Shown piece by piece: positions 39,135 to 48,905 of a stretch of 64,000 bases of DNA (the first letter of the stretch is position 1; every line of letters begins with the position of its first letter). The DNA lies in contig OZ252091.1 of NCBI GenBank assembly GCA_965248145.1, forward strand, positions 3,218,082 to 3,282,081, written 5' to 3'. A program made the position numbers and the translations under genes. Under the pieces are notes generated by a model that was given only the letters and a program-made list of their open reading frames with translations, was not told the DNA's origin and did not search any database. Source of the DNA: Gammaproteobacteria bacterium (lineage in GTDB: Bacteria; Pseudomonadota; Gammaproteobacteria; Eutrophobiales; Eutrophobiaceae).

Positions 39135-39204
39135 TTTCTGGTTTCCAGTTTTTAGTTGTTAGTGGTTTTTAGAAACTGACAACTAAAAACTAACAACTAA
39201 TAAC
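39131..39204. repeat. AAACTAAAAACTA-family repeat (direct plus inverted) between amidase and AOR
   Basis: ttagtttctggtttccagtttttagttgttagtggtttttagaaactgacaactaaaaactaacaactaa. Confidence 0.7.
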
Positions 39205-39255
39205 CAGCATTTAATGATTTATAATAGGTAATTTTTCCGGGGCAACAATATATAT

Positions 39256-40968
39256 ATGCGTAACTATCTTCATATTGACTTGAAAGAGCGGACAGTGAGA
39301 GCTGTCGAACAGGATGGAGAAGAACTGGTCCGCGTTGGCCGCTATCTCATCGCCAAAACTCTTGTGGAAGAAAATATTGCAGGTGTCGACCCACTGTCGC
39401 CGGATAATCCGTTAATTTTTTCCGCCGGCCCTTTTGCCGGCACCAATTTCTCCAACGCCAATCGTACCAGTGTCGGTTGCAAAAGCCCGCTGACGGGCGG
39501 CATCAAGGAATCCAATGCCGGCGGTACGTTCGGCGTGGCGCTGGGCCAATTGCACTTGTCGGGATTTACCCTGCATGGCGCCGCCGCCGAGTGGGTGATT
39601 ATTCATCTCAGAAAAGATGGTAGCTGCAGTTTTGACTCCGCCGCAGGTTTCATGGGCAAGGGCAATTTTGAAACGGCCGTGCTGCTGCATGAAAAATACG
39701 GCAAAAAGGTCAGCCTGGCCCTGTGCGGCCCTGTCGGTGAGCGCCAGGGACTGCTTGCCGGCATCGCCATCAGTGATACCGATCGGCGTCCCGCCAGGCT
39801 GGCGGCGCGGGGTGGCGTCGGGGCCGTCCTGGGCAGCAAGAAAGTGAAGGCAATCGTGGCCGACCTGAACAAAATGCCGCACTTGCACGAACGTAAGAAA
39901 GTCATGGGGACGGTGCGCCACTATGCCGAAAAACTGGGCGAAGACCCGATGATAGACAGCTACAAACGTTTCGGCACGGCCATGATGGCGGATTACATGA
40001 ACCACGTAGGCGCCCTGCCGGTGCGTAATTTTTCTTCCGGTCGCCTGGTAGATACCAGCAAGGAAACCATGAAGATGGGCGGTGATTTCATTCGCGAACA
40101 GAATATCGCCCGCGGCGGTGAACCGGACCATGCCTGTATGCCCGGTTGCCTGATCCGTTGCAGCAACGTCTATGCCGACGCCGACGGCAATGAAATCGTA
40201 TCGCCCGTCGAGTATGAAACGCTGGGATTGCTGGGTACCAATTGCGGCATCAAGGAACCCGATGAACTGGCAAAGTTGAATGCCGTCGCCAACGACCTCG
40301 GTATCGATACGATTGAGACCGGCGCCATGGTCGGCGTACTGATGGAAGCCGGTCTGGGCAAATTCGGTGACGCCGGGTTTGTCACCGACGTACTGGAACA
40401 GATCCGCAACGGCACGGAGCAAGGCCGGCTCTGGGCGCACGGCACAGCTTTTGTCGGTGAGCATTACCAGGTTCAGCGGGTGCCGGTGATCAAGAGACAG
40501 GCCATCAGCGCCTATGATCCCCGCGTGGTCGAGGCAACGGGCATTACCATGATGGTAACGGCCCAGGGCGCGGACCACACGGCGGGGAACGTCCCCAGGA
40601 TGGAAACCGCGGACAAGTCCATAGAGGAGGTGGCCGGGGCCAGCCATGACGCCCAGGTGCTGTGCGCGGCAACGGATTCATTGGGATTCTGTATTTTTGG
40701 CCGTACCGTAACGAGCGCTGAGTTAGATGCAGTAACCGCAGCGATTAACGCCGCGGTCGGTACTGATCTTGATGCGTCTTTCTTCAACGAACTGGGCCGG
40801 GAAACATTAAGACTCGAGAAAGAGTTCAACCGGGCCGCCGGCTTCACGGAAGAAGATGATGAATTACCCGAATTCTTCTACAAGGAGGCGTTGGAACCCA
40901 GCCTGCGGGTCGCGCGCTTTCATACGAAAGAAGTCAACGAATTCGTTGACAACTGGTGGCGGCAATAA
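39256..40968 (+). CDS. tungsten-type aldehyde:ferredoxin oxidoreductase (AOR family)
   Basis: The N-terminal AFOR_N domain is strongly recognisable (IFSAGPFAGTNFSNANRTSVGCKSPLTGGIKESNAGGTFG). AFOR_C follows. 570 aa. Confidence 0.85.
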   Translation: MRNYLHIDLKERTVRAVEQDGEELVRVGRYLIAKTLVEENIAGVDPLSPDNPLIFSAGPFAGTNFSNANRTSVGCKSPLTGGIKESNAGGTFGVALGQLHLSGFTLHGAAAEWVIIHLRKDGSCSFDSAAGFMGKGNFETAVLLHEKYGKKVSLALCGPVGERQGLLAGIAISDTDRRPARLAARGGVGAVLGSKKVKAIVADLNKMPHLHERKKVMGTVRHYAEKLGEDPMIDSYKRFGTAMMADYMNHVGALPVRNFSSGRLVDTSKETMKMGGDFIREQNIARGGEPDHACMPGCLIRCSNVYADADGNEIVSPVEYETLGLLGTNCGIKEPDELAKLNAVANDLGIDTIETGAMVGVLMEAGLGKFGDAGFVTDVLEQIRNGTEQGRLWAHGTAFVGEHYQVQRVPVIKRQAISAYDPRVVEATGITMMVTAQGADHTAGNVPRMETADKSIEEVAGASHDAQVLCAATDSLGFCIFGRTVTSAELDAVTAAINAAVGTDLDASFFNELGRETLRLEKEFNRAAGFTEEDDELPEFFYKEALEPSLRVARFHTKEVNEFVDNWWRQ

Positions 40969-42683
40969 ACGTGCCCAACCTGGAAAAAGCTAGCGATAAC
41001 ATGCCGGAACTGCCGTCATCAACGGACGCCGTACTGCTGGATTTTCAAACGCATCCAGATCGGTATCGCCATTGGAAGCTGACGACATCCGGTTCCATTG
41101 CCAACCTGGATATGGACGTGAACGAAGACGGCGCCATGTTCCCCGGTTACGAACTGAAACTGAACTCCTATGATATCGGTGTCGATATCGAACTCTACGA
41201 TGCGATTCAGCGACTGCGTTTTGAACACCCGGAAGTGAAAACCGTAGTGGTCAGTTCCAATAAGCCCACCATGTTCTGCGCCGGCGCCAATATCCGTATG
41301 CTGGCGGGCGCCTCCCACGGCCATAAGGTGAATTTCTGCAAATTTACCAACGAGACCCGGAACGCCATTGAAGACGCCGGGGAGTTCTCCGGCCAGCGTT
41401 ACCTGTGTGCGTTAAATGGCACTGCAGCCGGCGGTGGTTATGAACTGGCGCTGGCCATGGATTACCTGATCCTGATCGATGACGGCAATGCCGCCGTATC
41501 CTTACCGGAAATCCCCTTGCTTGCCGTCTTGCCCGGCACCGGCGGGCTAACGCGGATTGTTGATAAAAGAAAGGTGCGCCGGGACCTGGCTGACGTATTC
41601 TGTACCGTAGAGGAAGGCGTCAAAGGGCAACGGGCCGTTGCCTGGCGCCTGGTGGATGAGATTGTCCCCAGCTCCAGGTTCGCGGAGCGAGTGGCAGAGC
41701 GGGCTCAGGAAATGAGCCAAACGTCTGACCGCCCCGACACGGCCGGGGGGGTGCGGTTGACGCCGTTATCAAGGACGATCAAGACAGACAGTATCGAGTA
41801 CGACTGGCTGCGCCTGACTATAGACAGGGAAAACCGCAACGTCACCTTGCAAATCAAGGGGCCTGGTATCGACGCGCCGGACACTGTGGCAAACGCGATC
41901 GCTATGGGAGATCGATTCTGGCCGCTGGCCCTGGCCCGGGAACTGGATGACGCCTTGCTGCACCTGCGTTTCAACGAACCGGCCATCGGCACCATAATTA
42001 TCAAATGCGCCGGCGCTGCCGAGTCCGTCAAAGACTATGACGGGTTCCTGCTCAACCACAAGGATGACTGGCTGGTACGGGAAATCATCCTCTACTGGAA
42101 ACGTACGCTGAAACGGGTTGACGTGACGTCCCGCACCAGCTTTGCTTTCATAGAACCGGGAAGCTGTTTCGTGGGTTTCCTGGCCGAGTTTCTGTTCGCC
42201 GTGGACCGCAGTTACATGCTGGACGGGCAGTTTGAAGATGACGACACGCCACCGGCCACCATTATGCTGACTGAAAATAACTTCGGCCCCCTGCCCATGG
42301 CAAATGGTTTGACGCGCCTGGCAACCCGTTTCCTCGGCGAACCGGAAAGTGTCGGAACCACGAGAACATTTATCGGTCAAAATATTGACTCGGTGCTGGC
42401 CTCGGACCTGGGGCTGGTTACCTTCACCCCCGATGACATCGACTGGGAGGACGAGATAAGAATGTTGCTGGAAGAGCGGGCCAGTTTCTCTCCCGATGCC
42501 CTGGTAGGGATGGAAGCCAATTTACGTTTTGCCGGGCCGGAAACCCTGGAGACCAAGATTTTCGGCCGCCTCACCGCCTGGCAGAACTGGATATTTCAAC
42601 GACCCAACGCGGTCAGCGAGGCGGGCGCGTTGCAGCGTTATGGCACGGGCCAGCGTCCCGAGTATGACAAAAACAGGGTATAA
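40956..42683 (+). CDS. boxC: benzoyl-CoA-dihydrodiol lyase / 2,3-epoxybenzoyl-CoA dihydrolase (BoxC, crotonase superfamily)
   Basis: 575 aa, unusually long for a crotonase-fold protein (FCAGANIRMLAGAS...GTAAGGGYELALAMDYLIL). It lies adjacent to boxB. The start overlaps the AOR stop. Confidence 0.7.
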   Translation: MAAINVPNLEKASDNMPELPSSTDAVLLDFQTHPDRYRHWKLTTSGSIANLDMDVNEDGAMFPGYELKLNSYDIGVDIELYDAIQRLRFEHPEVKTVVVSSNKPTMFCAGANIRMLAGASHGHKVNFCKFTNETRNAIEDAGEFSGQRYLCALNGTAAGGGYELALAMDYLILIDDGNAAVSLPEIPLLAVLPGTGGLTRIVDKRKVRRDLADVFCTVEEGVKGQRAVAWRLVDEIVPSSRFAERVAERAQEMSQTSDRPDTAGGVRLTPLSRTIKTDSIEYDWLRLTIDRENRNVTLQIKGPGIDAPDTVANAIAMGDRFWPLALARELDDALLHLRFNEPAIGTIIIKCAGAAESVKDYDGFLLNHKDDWLVREIILYWKRTLKRVDVTSRTSFAFIEPGSCFVGFLAEFLFAVDRSYMLDGQFEDDDTPPATIMLTENNFGPLPMANGLTRLATRFLGEPESVGTTRTFIGQNIDSVLASDLGLVTFTPDDIDWEDEIRMLLEERASFSPDALVGMEANLRFAGPETLETKIFGRLTAWQNWIFQRPNAVSEAGALQRYGTGQRPEYDKNRV

Positions 42684-42787
42684 CACGGTAATAGGCGTCA
42701 CTCCGGCGAATCATGCCCTGGAACGTTGTAATCCGGGGGTCGGAATCCGGGGACGTGCTTCATAGGCATGACATCAGTAGCAAGGAT

Positions 42788-44233
42788 ATGACCATGGGCA
42801 ATGTAGATTACGATAGCTTGATCCCCAACAACGTAGGCCTTGCCTCGGACCGGCGCCTGCAACGGGCCCTGGAGCGCTGGCATCCCGGCTATATCGACTG
42901 GTGGAAAACCATGGGACCGGATAGCTTCCAGGACCTGGATGTGTACCTGCGCACGGCCATCGGCGTTGAACCTGAGGGCTGGGCCCGGTTCGGCTACGTG
43001 AAAATGCCGGAGTATCGCTGGGGCATATTACTGGCGCCCCGGGAAGAAGACAGGAAGATCGCCTTTGGCCGGCATAAGGGCGAACCGGTCTGGCAGGAAA
43101 TACCGGGAGAATATCGCGCCATGTTACGGCGCCTGGTGGTCATCCAGGGCGATACGGAACCCGCTTCTGTGGAACAGCAACGCTTCCTGGGGCATATCGC
43201 CCCCTCCTTGTATGACATGCGCAACGTCTTTCAGGTCAACGTCGAAGAAGGCCGCCACCTGTGGGCCATGGTGTACCTGCTGCATAAATACTTTGGTCGC
43301 GACGGCCGGGAGGAGGCGGAGGATTTACTCAGGCGGCGTTCCGGCGATCAGGATAAACCCCGCATCCTTGGCGCGTTCAATGAAAAAACGCCGGATTGGT
43401 TGTCTTTCTTCATGTTTACCACCTTTACCGACCGGGACGGCAAGATGCAACTGGAATCCCTGGCCCAGTCGGGCTTTGACCCCCTGGCCCGCACTACCCG
43501 TTTCATGCTCACCGAGGAAGGCCACCACATGTTCGTCGGTCGAACCGGTATCGAGCGCGTCCTGAGACGCACCTGCGAGGTGATGAAGGAACATAACATC
43601 ACTGACCCGACGGATACCGGGGCAGTCAGGAACCTGGGCGTCATCGACCTGCCGACCATGCAGAAGAAAATAAACTTCCATTATTCCGTCACCCTGGATT
43701 TATTCGGCGCCGAGATTTCCACCAACGCATCCAATGCCTTCAACGCCAGCCTTAAAGGCCGTTTCCGGGAAACCACTATCGACGATGATCATCAACTCCA
43801 TAACAGCGCCTACCCGGTATTGAAACACGTCAACGGGAAACTGGTCAGCGTGGACGAGCCGGCCATCAATGCAGTGAACAGCCGCCTCTGCGATGATTAT
43901 ATTGCTGATTGCGAACAAGTCCTTACCACCTGGAACAAGGCCATTGCCGATTATGGATACGCATACCGCTTGAGTCTGCCCAGCCGGGCCTTTCACCGGG
44001 CGGTAGGTGAGTTCAGTGACGTCCATGCTACGCCGGAGGGCGCTCTAATCGAACAAGCTGAGTGGGAACGACGCCGGGAAGAATGGTTGCCGAACAATGA
44101 CGACCTGGAATTTCTATTGTCGCTCATGGAACAGGTCATCGAACCGGGAAAATTCGCCCATTGGATAGCCCCCCCCAGAGCCGGCATCAACGGCAAACCC
44201 GGTGATTTTGAATACGTCAAAATAGCCGCTTAA
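42788..44233 (+). CDS. boxB: benzoyl-CoA 2,3-epoxidase subunit B (diiron oxygenase BoxB)
   Basis: The N-terminus NVDYDSLIPNNVGLASDRRLQRALERWHPGYIDWW matches the BoxB family. Length from the internal ATG at 42788 is 481 aa; the ORF track extends to 42713. Confidence 0.75.
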   Translation: MTMGNVDYDSLIPNNVGLASDRRLQRALERWHPGYIDWWKTMGPDSFQDLDVYLRTAIGVEPEGWARFGYVKMPEYRWGILLAPREEDRKIAFGRHKGEPVWQEIPGEYRAMLRRLVVIQGDTEPASVEQQRFLGHIAPSLYDMRNVFQVNVEEGRHLWAMVYLLHKYFGRDGREEAEDLLRRRSGDQDKPRILGAFNEKTPDWLSFFMFTTFTDRDGKMQLESLAQSGFDPLARTTRFMLTEEGHHMFVGRTGIERVLRRTCEVMKEHNITDPTDTGAVRNLGVIDLPTMQKKINFHYSVTLDLFGAEISTNASNAFNASLKGRFRETTIDDDHQLHNSAYPVLKHVNGKLVSVDEPAINAVNSRLCDDYIADCEQVLTTWNKAIADYGYAYRLSLPSRAFHRAVGEFSDVHATPEGALIEQAEWERRREEWLPNNDDLEFLLSLMEQVIEPGKFAHWIAPPRAGINGKPGDFEYVKIAA

Positions 44234-44288
44234 CCCGAAGGCAGGGCAAAACGTATGACGATTTTCTTCATCGGCCTTACGTCCTACT

Positions 44289-44678
44289 TCATTCTGCAGC
44301 TATCAAGTCATCAATATTTATACGCAAAGCCGCCGCCAGCTTTTTAAGTGTGTCAATGCCCCCGGTTTTCTTGCCACTTTCAATTTGCGCGATGTAGCCC
44401 TGTTGCACACCAGACCTGGTTTCAAGTTCTTTTTGGGTCAGGCCGCGATATTCGCGCCAGATTCGCAACCGTTGTTCTTCATCCTGAAGCAACTTGTGCG
44501 CAACGTCGGCAGGAATAAGCTCATCTCCACCGGACGCCAACTCACTCATGGCATCATCCGCCGCCCGGATGTCCTCCGCGTCTTCGGCCAGTTCCAGCAA
44601 TCGGTGGTACAATTCAATAGGCAAAACCGCATATTCCGGTTGTCCGTCTTTTTCAATAACCTGTACGTGATTCATCAT
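44289..44678 (-). CDS. HigA-like XRE-HTH antitoxin
   Basis: 129 aa with a C-terminal HTH (LTQKELETRSGVQQGYIAQIESG). It lies downstream of the toxin and overlaps it, in the higBA order. Confidence 0.7.
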   Translation of the reverse strand: MMNHVQVIEKDGQPEYAVLPIELYHRLLELAEDAEDIRAADDAMSELASGGDELIPADVAHKLLQDEEQRLRIWREYRGLTQKELETRSGVQQGYIAQIESGKKTGGIDTLKKLAAALRINIDDLIAAE

Positions 44679-44932
44679 TTATAAACATCTCCTCTTGGCC
44701 CGACTTTCAAAACGATCAGCAAAAGCACACTTTTCTCAATAGCGCAAATCGCACGATAGCCTCCTACTCGCAATCTCCAATGAGGCGAACCGGATAATTG
44801 TCTCCACTCCCCCTGGTAGCTGTACGGATCAACAGCAATTGCCTCCAACTCGGATGCTATCTTCAACCTGATGTGTTTTGGTAATTTGCTCATGCTTTTG
44901 AGTGCTGTTTTTTTGTACTTCAGTTCGTACAT
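44675..44932 (-). CDS. RelE/ParE-superfamily toxin (HigB-like)
   Basis: 85 aa with a RelE/ParE fold signature (...WRLRVGGYRAICAIE...). Confidence 0.7.
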   Translation of the reverse strand: MYELKYKKTALKSMSKLPKHIRLKIASELEAIAVDPYSYQGEWRQLSGSPHWRLRVGGYRAICAIEKSVLLLIVLKVGPRGDVYK

Positions 44933-45094
44933 GATTCTATTATAACAAATAGTTATATTTATCCAACTACTATAAGATATATTTCTAAATCAATTCCATC
45001 ATCACCAGCCCGTATTTCTCACTAATACCAGCCCTGGAATGGCGTAATCCAGGGGATGCGCTACGTGTATTTTGGGACACCCGCAAAATAATTT

Positions 45095-45448
45095 ATGGAT
45101 GTCCCTGATTTCATTTCACGGGGTTGGACATATCAATGGAAAACGGGTCAACGTGGACGAGGTGGTTTGTTGTCAACAGATAAGTTCCGACACGGTGTCA
45201 GGCTATGTTATAATCCTGGTATGCCTGAAGAAAAACGGATGGAACAGGAAATTGGTTGGCATAAGATTATTTTTACTATTTTTACTGTGACAGACCTTTC
45301 GTTGCTGGCGTGGTTCGTTCAGAACTTTGAAACAGCAAAGCTATCAATTCTGATACTTTGCTCAATTTCCGTTACTGTTGTGACGGTAATTTTGGTTCTT
45401 ATCAATAATCGTGTTTTCATGTGCCTTGACCGGTTAGAAGAGCTATAA
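45095..45448 (+). CDS. hypothetical small membrane protein
   Basis: Two predicted TM helices (IIFTIFTVTDLSLLAWFV; LSILILCSISVTVVTVILVLI). The start is uncertain. Confidence 0.3.
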   Translation: MDVPDFISRGWTYQWKTGQRGRGGLLSTDKFRHGVRLCYNPGMPEEKRMEQEIGWHKIIFTIFTVTDLSLLAWFVQNFETAKLSILILCSISVTVVTVILVLINNRVFMCLDRLEEL

Positions 45449-45553
45449 ATGGAATACTTATTCATTTTTACATTTGGCGTGTTTATAGCCGGGTTGATCG
45501 TTATCAGTTATCAAGCCCTGAAACATAAGCATTCAAAATAACGCAAAACCATC

Positions 45554-45751
45554 ATGAAATATACGGTTGTCATTAAAGCGTCAGACGAAGGCTACAGCAT
45601 ATCTTGTCCGGTTCTTCCCGGATGCTGGTCTCAAGGCATAACGGAAGAAGAAGCGATTACAAACATCAGTGAAGCTATTCAGGATTACCTGGCGGCTGTA
45701 TCAGAATTACATAGAGGAGAAAAAATCCGCGAGATTGAAGTAGCTGTGTAA
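45554..45751 (+). CDS. hicB: HicB-family antitoxin
   Basis: MKYTVVIKASDEGYSISCPVLPGCWSQGITEEEAITNISEAIQDYL matches the HicB/UPF0150 fold. Confidence 0.7.
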   Translation: MKYTVVIKASDEGYSISCPVLPGCWSQGITEEEAITNISEAIQDYLAAVSELHRGEKIREIEVAV

Positions 45752-45753
45752 TC

Positions 45754-45972
45754 ATGCCCAAAATCCCCGGAGTAAATCATCGTCAAGCTGTACGCGCGTT
45801 GAAGAAATCCGGATTCAAAATTGTCAGGGAAGGAAAAAAACATCTGATTATGTCAGATGGTACGCGTTTTCTTACAATTCCAAGAAATAATCCGATTAAC
45901 GCCTACACAATGGCTGGAATAGTCAAAGACACAGGACTGACTGTCGAAGAATTCAAGAAGATGCTCAAGTGA
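45754..45972 (+). CDS. hicA: HicA-family mRNA interferase toxin
   Basis: 72 aa of the YcfA/HicA family (AVRALKKSGFKIVREGKKHLIMSDG). Confidence 0.7.
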   Translation: MPKIPGVNHRQAVRALKKSGFKIVREGKKHLIMSDGTRFLTIPRNNPINAYTMAGIVKDTGLTVEEFKKMLK

Positions 45973-46118
45973 ATATCTGTTATAAAACATCCTGTCTGAC
46001 GAGATAATTTAAACGCCTGGGGCATCTGCCGGGTTGCAGCAATTCCTTTTTAATCTGTTCTGATGCAAATAATATCAAAATGATTCAGTCCCCAGGGAAT
46101 AGCGGATAGAATGGACCC

Positions 46119-47798
46119 ATGACAAGATACGCTGACATAGGCAAGGCCAGGCAGATCAGTCGTCAGGCGCGTCGTGCATACCAATTCAACAAGCCCCGAG
46201 AGATCGACTCCGGCGAAATTAGCCACTTCCCGATGATCATCGCGGGCGGCGGGCCCATCGGGCTGGCGACTGCCATAGACCTTGCCCGTTGTGGCATTCG
46301 ATCCGTCGTCCTGGAAAAACACAATACCGTCACTGCTGGCTCCCGCGCTATCTGCTGGGCGAAACGTACCTTGGAAATACTTGACCGTATCGGGACCAGC
46401 GAACGCATGATGGAAAAAGGCGTGGTTTGGAACCAGGGCTGGGTCTACTTCGGCCAGGAAACCGAACCGATTTACAAGTTCGATTTACTGCCGGATAAAG
46501 AGCAGAAGTTTCCCGCGTTCATCAACCTGCAACAATTCTATGCCGAGGAATATTTGATCGATTTGTTTCCGGACCACGAGGAGACCGAAATTCGCTGGCA
46601 AAATGAAGTTATCGGCGTGGATAACGCCGCGGACAAAGTCACCGTCACGATCAAAACCCCCGCCGGGCATTACACGCTCAGTTGTGACTACCTGATTGCC
46701 GCGGACGGCCATCGCAGCCCGGTCCGGGACGCGCTGGATCTCGATTTCGTGGGCCGTGTGTTCGAGGACAACTTTCTTATTGCCGACGTGCGCATGAAAG
46801 CGGACTTTCCGGCAATTCGGCGCTTCTGGTTCGACCCGCCGTTCAATCCGGGCCAAACCTCGCTGATCCATAAACAGGCCGACGACGTCTGGCGTATCGA
46901 TTTTCAGATGGGCTGGGACATTGACCGTGATGAGGTGATGAAAGAAGAAAACATCGATGCCAGGATAAAAGCCTTTCTCGGTTCGGACCTTGAATTTGAA
47001 TACGAATGGGTAAGCCTGTACACGTTTAAATGTTGCCGGATGGAAAAATTCGTCCATGGTCGCGTCATTTTTGCCGGCGACTCCGCCCATCTCGTCTCGC
47101 CTTTCGGCGCGCGCGGCGCCAACGGCGGGTTGCAGGACGTTGACAATCTTGTCTGGAAGCTCAACCTGGTTTTAACAGGCGCCGCCCCGCCCGGCTTGAT
47201 CAACAGCTATGATGACGAACGGATCCATGGCGCAGAAGAAAACGTGATGAATTCATCCCGGAGTACGGATTTCATGACCCCCAAAAGTGAAATCAGTCTC
47301 GCCTTCCGCAATGCCACCCTGGAGCTTGCCAAAGATTTCGAATTTGCCCGCAAGTTCGTCAACCCGGGACGTCTTTCCGTCCCCAGTATCCTGGATGGTT
47401 CACCATTGAATACACCGGATGAAGATGAGTTCAGCGACAAGCAGCGGCCCGGCGCGCCCTGCCTTGACGCCCCTGTTTCCATCAACGGTGAGGACGCCTG
47501 GTTTTTAAACCAACTGGGGGACCGTTTCGTTGGTATTTATTTCAGCGAAGATGGAACAACGCCGGAAGAGATCAGTAGCATCGGCCTGGCTCAGGTCCCG
47601 GTTGAAACCATCACCGTGACCAGGACAAACAGCGGTGGCAACAATATCTTCGACAGCAAAGGCCTGTTACACCGGCACTATGATGCCCAGCCCGGCGCCT
47701 ATTACCTGATACGGCCTGACCAACACGTCGCCGCACGCTGGCGGGAATTCAACCTGGAAAAAGTATTAGACGCACTGGCCAGGGCAACCGGCCGATAA
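46119..47798 (+). CDS. FAD-dependent aromatic ring monooxygenase (MhpA/PheA-like, group A flavoprotein hydroxylase)
   Basis: N-terminal motif MIIAGGGPIGLATAIDL, then DG, then GD (FAGDSAHLVSPFGARGANGGLQD), with a C-terminal thioredoxin-like domain. The start may lie downstream of 46119. Confidence 0.75.
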   Translation: MTRYADIGKARQISRQARRAYQFNKPREIDSGEISHFPMIIAGGGPIGLATAIDLARCGIRSVVLEKHNTVTAGSRAICWAKRTLEILDRIGTSERMMEKGVVWNQGWVYFGQETEPIYKFDLLPDKEQKFPAFINLQQFYAEEYLIDLFPDHEETEIRWQNEVIGVDNAADKVTVTIKTPAGHYTLSCDYLIAADGHRSPVRDALDLDFVGRVFEDNFLIADVRMKADFPAIRRFWFDPPFNPGQTSLIHKQADDVWRIDFQMGWDIDRDEVMKEENIDARIKAFLGSDLEFEYEWVSLYTFKCCRMEKFVHGRVIFAGDSAHLVSPFGARGANGGLQDVDNLVWKLNLVLTGAAPPGLINSYDDERIHGAEENVMNSSRSTDFMTPKSEISLAFRNATLELAKDFEFARKFVNPGRLSVPSILDGSPLNTPDEDEFSDKQRPGAPCLDAPVSINGEDAWFLNQLGDRFVGIYFSEDGTTPEEISSIGLAQVPVETITVTRTNSGGNNIFDSKGLLHRHYDAQPGAYYLIRPDQHVAARWREFNLEKVLDALARATGR

Positions 47799-47851
47799 AA
47801 GGTGTCGCCCCCTGCTCAACACCATGCTGGGGCAGGCTCCGGCGACTCCTT
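47799..47851. repeat. 53-bp perfect direct repeat, left copy (aaggtgtcgccccctgctcaacaccatgctggggcaggctccggcgactcctt)
   Basis: Identical to 48906-48958. The pair brackets the Rpn pseudogene. Confidence 0.85.
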
Positions 47852-47854
47852 ATA

Positions 47855-48884
47855 TTATCGGATTAACCCCGCGTCGCTAAGCTGCTCAGGGCTAAGACCC
47901 GTGATTTCACTGACCTCTTGCAGGGAATAATCGTTCTGCAACATAGCGCGGGCGCTTTCAATTCTACCTTCTGCTCTGCCTTCTGCTTTGCCCTCTGCCC
48001 TGCCTTTTGCTTCGCCCTCTGCTCTGCCTTGCTCTCTACTCACCAACATATTCGTGTTGTAGTCCAACTCGCCCTTGCGACGCATCTCTTCAATACTTAA
48101 CAACTGCGGGTCTATCGACAGGGTCCGCAGATCCTTCAGGGTCTCCTTCATGATCGGATTTTTGTCTACTATAGTACGCATGGCAGCCTCGTCTAACGAT
48201 GATGTGTGTTTGATAATATATAACCATAGTCCCAGGTTGTCATCTATTTCTTCCAGTGTCCGGGTAAACTTGGGTAGTTCAAAAAACACCATCTGGAACT
48301 TGTCCGTCAGTTGTATATCAGGATGGTCTTTCTCCAGTATCAGGAAATGACTCTGGTAGTCCGGCAGGTCGAGCAGGTTGAAGTTCAGGAAGTTGATGGA
48401 ATAGGTGTTCTGCAGGGTCGTGTAGTTCTCGCCCTGGTTGAGTTGACCGGTATACAGCCTGGCCCCAGTAGTACAAGGCCCGGGCGCTGTAGAAGTGCTG
48501 TTCCAGGGCCTGCATCTCGATATTGAACAGGTCGCCGGCATGGCTTCGGGCCTTGATATCCAGTATTACCGATTTGTCGATCAGGTGCTCTTTGAGTATT
48601 TCAGCCGGCAGCAGGGTGAGTGCTTCTATCTGTTGTTCTCCTTCAAACCTCAGAGCCGCATTGAGCAGGTCTATCAGGGAAGCGGTGGAGCGCGTAAACA
48701 GGGCGCGAAAGACAAAATCATAGGTGAGGGCTAACAGCCTGGGATGGTCCATCATGAGATACCTGTATGTCCTATAAGTACGGGCTGAAACCCGGCAGCC
48801 GGTCCGGCGCAGTGATGGAGTCGGTCTTACAACCTTTCCACCACCACTGCGAACCAGTTTACCTGCCTGTTTTGCAAAAGTCAC
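47855..48884 (-). pseudogene. Rpn-family (YhgA-like, PD-(D/E)XK) recombination-promoting nuclease / transposase-like gene, frameshifted
   Basis: The N-terminal part is in ORF 48318-48884 (KSVILDIKARSHAGDLFNIEMQ). The C-terminal part is in the overlapping ORF 47855-48541, in another frame (EGEAKGRAEGKAEGRAEG...ITGLSPEQL, the typical Rpn C-terminus). Confidence 0.7.
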
Positions 48885-48905
48885 TTATTTGTTGACAACC
48901 TTTGG

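Noticed and set aside
39412-40647. 411-aa minus-strand ORF antisense to the AOR gene, and 2976-3935 plus strand antisense to the TonB receptor
   Set aside because: The sense-strand genes have unmistakable family motifs. The antisense ORFs are compositionally atypical and have no recognisable motifs.
45449-45541. 30-aa hydrophobic mini-ORF (MEYLFIFTFGVFIAGLIVISYQALKHKHSK) as a type I toxin
   Set aside because: It is too short, and there is no supporting antisense RNA evidence from sequence alone. It could equally be the C-terminal exon of a mis-started upstream ORF.
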